Shown here: in pieces, positions 43,864 to 47,017 of the stretch
Numbering within the stretch: the stretch's first letter is position 1
How the letters are laid out: each line of letters starts with the position of its first letter
Assembly: GCA_023133225.1 (NCBI GenBank)
Contig: JAGLWV010000116.1
Location: 1-47,017 of the forward strand
Source: Candidatus Aminicenantes bacterium
Lineage (GTDB): Bacteria > Acidobacteriota > Aminicenantia > Aminicenantales > Aminicenantaceae
Length of the DNA stretch: 47,017 nt
Reading direction: 5' to 3'
Notes under the pieces: generated by a model
Databases searched by the model: none
What the model was told of the DNA's origin: nothing
The model's input: the letters and a program-made list of their open reading frames with translations, nothing else
Program-made: the position numbers and the translations under genes

Positions 43864-44421
43864 ATGGATAAGCCGAAAATGCTGGTTCATGTATGCTGTG
43901 CACCCGATGCGCTCTATGTCCTGGGCGTTCTTAAAGACAATTATGAAGTCAGCGGATATTTTTACAATCCCAACATCCATCCTCATGAAGAATACGATTT
44001 AAGATTGAAGGAGACAAAAAAAGTGGCTGAGGTACTAAATGTGAAGCTTTTCGAGGACCTCTATGATGATGAGCGATGGTTTAAGATCACTCAAAAATTC
44101 AAAGAGGAGCCCGAAAAGGGGCAGAGATGTGACGTTTGTTATGAGATGAGACTTGATAAGACAGCCCAGAAAGCCTCTCAACTCGGCTTCGATATATTCA
44201 CCTCGGTCATGAGTCTCAGCCCATGGAAAAAAGCCGATGTTCTTAACCGAATTGGAAAAATGTTTGCACACAGATACAAAATAAATTTTTTAGAGGCTGA
44301 TTTCAAAAAGAAAGATGGTTTCAGAAAAAGCATTGAACTCAGCAAACAATACGGACTCTACCGCCAGGACTATTGTGGATGCGTATACAGCAAAGACAAT
44401 AAGCATGAAAACAAAAAATAA
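43864..44421 (+). CDS. queH: Epoxyqueuosine reductase QueH (DUF208)
   Basis: 185-aa ORF with HVCCAPDA near the N-terminus, CDVCYEMRL, and the C-terminal YRQDYCGC, the characteristic DUF208/QueH cysteine pattern. Confidence 0.8.
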   Translation: MDKPKMLVHVCCAPDALYVLGVLKDNYEVSGYFYNPNIHPHEEYDLRLKETKKVAEVLNVKLFEDLYDDERWFKITQKFKEEPEKGQRCDVCYEMRLDKTAQKASQLGFDIFTSVMSLSPWKKADVLNRIGKMFAHRYKINFLEADFKKKDGFRKSIELSKQYGLYRQDYCGCVYSKDNKHENKK

Positions 44422-46705
44422 CACAAAAGAATCAAAAGGATCCGCGATTAAGATAGTTGTTTTTGGAGTCGTACAGGGCGTAGGATTCAGGCCTTTTATC
44501 TATCGACTGGCCGGTAAATTTTGTTTTAAAGGCTGGGTTCAAAATATTGGCTTCGGAGTGGGAATTCATCTTGAATCTGAGAAAGAAACGGATTTCAAAG
44601 ATTTCCTTAAAGCTTTCGATGATGAGAAACCTCCTCTTTCTCAGATCGAAGAAATCACCTTTCAGTCTGTTCATTTCCAAGATTTCAAAGATTTTACAAT
44701 AAAAAAATCAAAAAAAGGAAAAAGTTTTGTCTTCATTTCTCCCGATATATCTATCTGTAAGAGCTGCCACAAAGAGATGATGACTCCCACGGACAGAAGG
44801 TATCATTATCCTTTCATCAACTGTACCGATTGTGGCCCTCGCTACACGATTGTCCAATCCCTTCCCTATGACAGAAAACAAACCACTATGAAAAGCTTTA
44901 ACATGTGCGAAGAGTGTAGCCATGAATACACAGATCCCCTCGACAGGCGGTACCATGCCCAGCCCATCGCATGTTCAAAATGCGGACCTCATATGAGCCT
45001 GCTTGAGGGCAGATCAGGAAAAAAAATAGAAGGAGGCATCGGTAAAGCCGCTTCCCTTTTAAAAGAGGGGAAAATTTTGGCGGTTAAAGGACTCGGCGGT
45101 TTTCATCTTATCTGTCACGCTCTCAATCCTAAGGCTGTCCGCCGCTTGAGAAAAATAAAAGAACGCAAAATAAAACCTCTGGCTTTAATGGCCCGGGATT
45201 TGGAGACTATAGAGAAATATGCCTTCCTTACTCCCACAGAGAAAGAAATGCTCTGCTCAGCCCGCCGTCCGATTGTTCTTCTCAAGAAAAAAAAAGAGAT
45301 AGAAGGTATCGCTCCCTTCCTTGAAGAAATGGGATTCATGCTTCCCTACACCCCTCTCCACTACCTTCTGTTCACACATCTTGATCTCATTGTAGCCACA
45401 AGCTCCAACAGAAAAGATGCCCCCATCATAAAAGATGAGGAAGAAGGAATCGAAGAACTTTGCGATTACATCTTAACCCACAATCGCCCTATCCATATGA
45501 GAGCTGATGATTCAGTGATCAAAGTTGTCAACGATGAACCTCTTTTTTTAAGACGCGCTCGAGGTTATGTCCCATATCCCCAAAAAGTTCCCAATGAACT
45601 TGAGTCTCCTCTCCATGTTCTGGCATTGGGAGGAGAGCTAAAGGATACAATCTCTCTTTATAAAAACGGCTATGTGATTACAAGCCAGTTCCTGGGAGAT
45701 TTAGATGAATACCAGAATTATAAATATTTTAAGGAAACTATAAATCACCTGACTCAGCTTTTTGAAGCTAAGCCCGAGATTATGGTTTCTGATATGCACC
45801 CCAATTTTCATAGCACTCAGTACGCTCAAAAATCAGGGCTTCTTCACTTTCAGGTTCAACACCATTTTGCACATATCCTGGCAGCACTTCTTGAACATAA
45901 AATTCCGCCAAAAAAAAAAGTTCTTGGAGTAGCTTTTGACGGCTATGGCTACGGAGAGGATGGACTTGCTTGGGGAGGTGAGTTCCTTTTAGCTGACTAT
46001 TCATCTTGCGAGAGACTTGCTCATTTCAAATACGTACCTCTCCCGGGTGGGGACCTGGCTGCAAAGCAGCCCTGGAGAATGGCCTTATCCTACCTGAAGG
46101 ATGTTTATGGCTCCCAGCTCCCTTGCGTAAAGGCAATGGATAAAGTCAGCACAAATAAAATAAAAGGTGTTATGAGTATGATTGAACAGAAGATCAATAG
46201 CCCTCTCACTTCAAGCTGTGGGAGACTGTTCGATGCGGTCTCGTTTATTACAGGCCTTTCCCCGCTGGAGGTTGAATATGAAGCGGAGGCTCCGCTAAGA
46301 TTGGAATCGGTAGCCAGTAAAGAGATTGAAGAGAATTATAGGTTTTCGGTAGAGGGTAACAGCCCTCCTTTCCAAATCTCCTTTTCTCAGACAATAAAGT
46401 CGATCATTAAAAATCTGGAGCAAAAAACGTCCGCATCCATTATCTCAGCCAGGTTCCATAATACTTTGGCTCAGGTCATAGCTTCCATGGCAGAAAGGGC
46501 AAAAAGGGTACATGATATTGATACTGTGGTTTTGGCTGGTGGCGTTTTCTTAAATGAAAAATTACTTCATAGAGCTACAGGCCTTCTGGAAAAAAAAGGA
46601 TTCAATGTGCTCAGGCCTTTATTCTATTCTCCCAACGATGAGTCAATCTCCATTGGGCAAATTGCCTATGCTCTCAATAAATTAAAAACTAAGCGCTCAT
46701 TATAG
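44405..46705 (+). CDS. hypF: [NiFe]-hydrogenase maturation carbamoyltransferase HypF
   Basis: The ORF is open from 44315. The ATG at 44405 places the start just before the acylphosphatase domain (VFGVVQGVGFRPF). Two zinc-finger pairs follow (CKSC...CTDCGPRYT; CEEC...CSKCGP), then YrdC-like (AVKGLGGFHL) and Kae1-like C-terminal domains. It overlaps the queH end by 17 nt. Confidence 0.95.
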   Translation: MKTKNNTKESKGSAIKIVVFGVVQGVGFRPFIYRLAGKFCFKGWVQNIGFGVGIHLESEKETDFKDFLKAFDDEKPPLSQIEEITFQSVHFQDFKDFTIKKSKKGKSFVFISPDISICKSCHKEMMTPTDRRYHYPFINCTDCGPRYTIVQSLPYDRKQTTMKSFNMCEECSHEYTDPLDRRYHAQPIACSKCGPHMSLLEGRSGKKIEGGIGKAASLLKEGKILAVKGLGGFHLICHALNPKAVRRLRKIKERKIKPLALMARDLETIEKYAFLTPTEKEMLCSARRPIVLLKKKKEIEGIAPFLEEMGFMLPYTPLHYLLFTHLDLIVATSSNRKDAPIIKDEEEGIEELCDYILTHNRPIHMRADDSVIKVVNDEPLFLRRARGYVPYPQKVPNELESPLHVLALGGELKDTISLYKNGYVITSQFLGDLDEYQNYKYFKETINHLTQLFEAKPEIMVSDMHPNFHSTQYAQKSGLLHFQVQHHFAHILAALLEHKIPPKKKVLGVAFDGYGYGEDGLAWGGEFLLADYSSCERLAHFKYVPLPGGDLAAKQPWRMALSYLKDVYGSQLPCVKAMDKVSTNKIKGVMSMIEQKINSPLTSSCGRLFDAVSFITGLSPLEVEYEAEAPLRLESVASKEIEENYRFSVEGNSPPFQISFSQTIKSIIKNLEQKTSASIISARFHNTLAQVIASMAERAKRVHDIDTVVLAGGVFLNEKLLHRATGLLEKKGFNVLRPLFYSPNDESISIGQIAYALNKLKTKRSL

Positions 46706-46930
46706 TGATACGCCACATGAGTATTTATACTAATCTCCGTAATTTCTTTATTTTCAATACATTCATAATTCTCTTATTTTCTACTACTTAGCAGGCATGA
46801 CTAGTTTTTGTGCAATTTGTCATATATCCAAGAAAATTCTAAATATTGGTTACTTTTTTTGGCTCCTTTCCACGACTTTTCCACAGATTCTGTTAAAAAC
46901 TTTTTTCCTCATTTTTTTACTTTTCTCACC

Positions 46931-46980
46931 TGGATTATTTACGAGCCGAGATTGCTGTAGCGGCGAGGCCACAGCCCATG
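46931..46980 (+). repeat. Terminal copy of the 50-nt dispersed repeat, followed by the start of an inverted partner
   Basis: It matches the reverse complement of 1-50 at 46/50 positions. CAGCCCAT (46972-46979) pairs with ATGGGCTG (47006-47013) across a 26-nt loop. The element is therefore a long palindrome that the window cuts at 47017. Confidence 0.85.
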
Positions 46981-47017
46981 AAGCTGTAGTAGTCATCTAC
47001 TGCGAATGGGCTGCAAC

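Noticed and set aside
46706-46930. A+T-rich gene-free stretch after hypF with a DnaA-box-like TTTTCCACA (46877-46885), considered as a possible replication origin
   Set aside because: There is only one relaxed DnaA box, no box cluster, and no dnaA, dnaN or other origin-linked genes nearby.
1-47017. Interpreting the terminal repeats as evidence for a circular plasmid or phage genome, or a giant composite transposon
   Set aside because: The end repeats are inverted rather than direct, and they diverge immediately after 9 shared nt, so the ends do not overlap. The content is core housekeeping (rpmE, prfA, prmC, rsmD, fabH, thiC) with no replication, conjugation, phage or intact transposase genes.

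Overview
47-kb chromosomal-looking contig from a diderm bacterium. It has Wza-type and beta-barrel outer-membrane proteins, is visibly A+T-rich, and most genes carry AGGAGG-type ribosome-binding sites. I cannot assign a phylum from sequence alone. All calls rest on reading the ORF translations and DNA by eye; no searches were run.

Gene order:
1. 57-8987: a periplasmic sugar-oxidation block. It holds a secreted BNR/Asp-box propeller, a Tat-signal xylose-isomerase-like TIM barrel, a DUF1080 lipoprotein and two Tat-signal Gfo/Idh/MocA oxidoreductases. An alpha-oxoamine synthase sits among them.
2. 9080-12207: the most interesting locus. A sigma54-type -24/-12 promoter with an upstream TGTCAC-N10-GTGACA dyad precedes two paralogous 4-Cys secreted mini-proteins, one with a long glycine-zipper core. 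These are followed by a six-bladed beta-propeller, a TlpA-like CxxC lipoprotein and a small membrane protein. I flag it as a candidate undescribed secreted-peptide (bacteriocin/microcin-like) system.
3. 12336-12584: a 249-nt candidate structured RNA closed by a 17-bp helix, followed by a lone hutU.
4. 14416-20840: a very acidic repeat protein with its own promoter, the rpmE-prfA-prmC operon, an unknown 289-aa protein, rsmD and a secreted hypothetical protein.
5. 21216-30545: a polysaccharide export module (beta-barrel OMP, Wza-like, Wzc-like BY-kinase, CpsB-type phosphatase, O-antigen-ligase-like protein, TPR protein). No glycosyltransferases are present.
6. 30689-34777: a decayed IS3/IS481-type transposase remnant, then thiC, a TIM-barrel protein and an aldehyde dehydrogenase.
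7. 35032-38887: a fumarase alpha subunit plus a four-subunit 2-oxoacid:ferredoxin oxidoreductase. The operon is interrupted by a dispersed family of heptamer-periodic repeats, including a 59-bp tandem repeat.
8. 38932-46705: fabH, an outer-membrane protein, an M14 carboxypeptidase, a coiled-coil protein, queH and hypF.

Both window ends fall inside inverted copies of a 50-nt repeat, which suggests an assembly break at a palindromic dispersed element. I saw no rRNA genes, tRNA genes, CRISPR arrays or cas genes.
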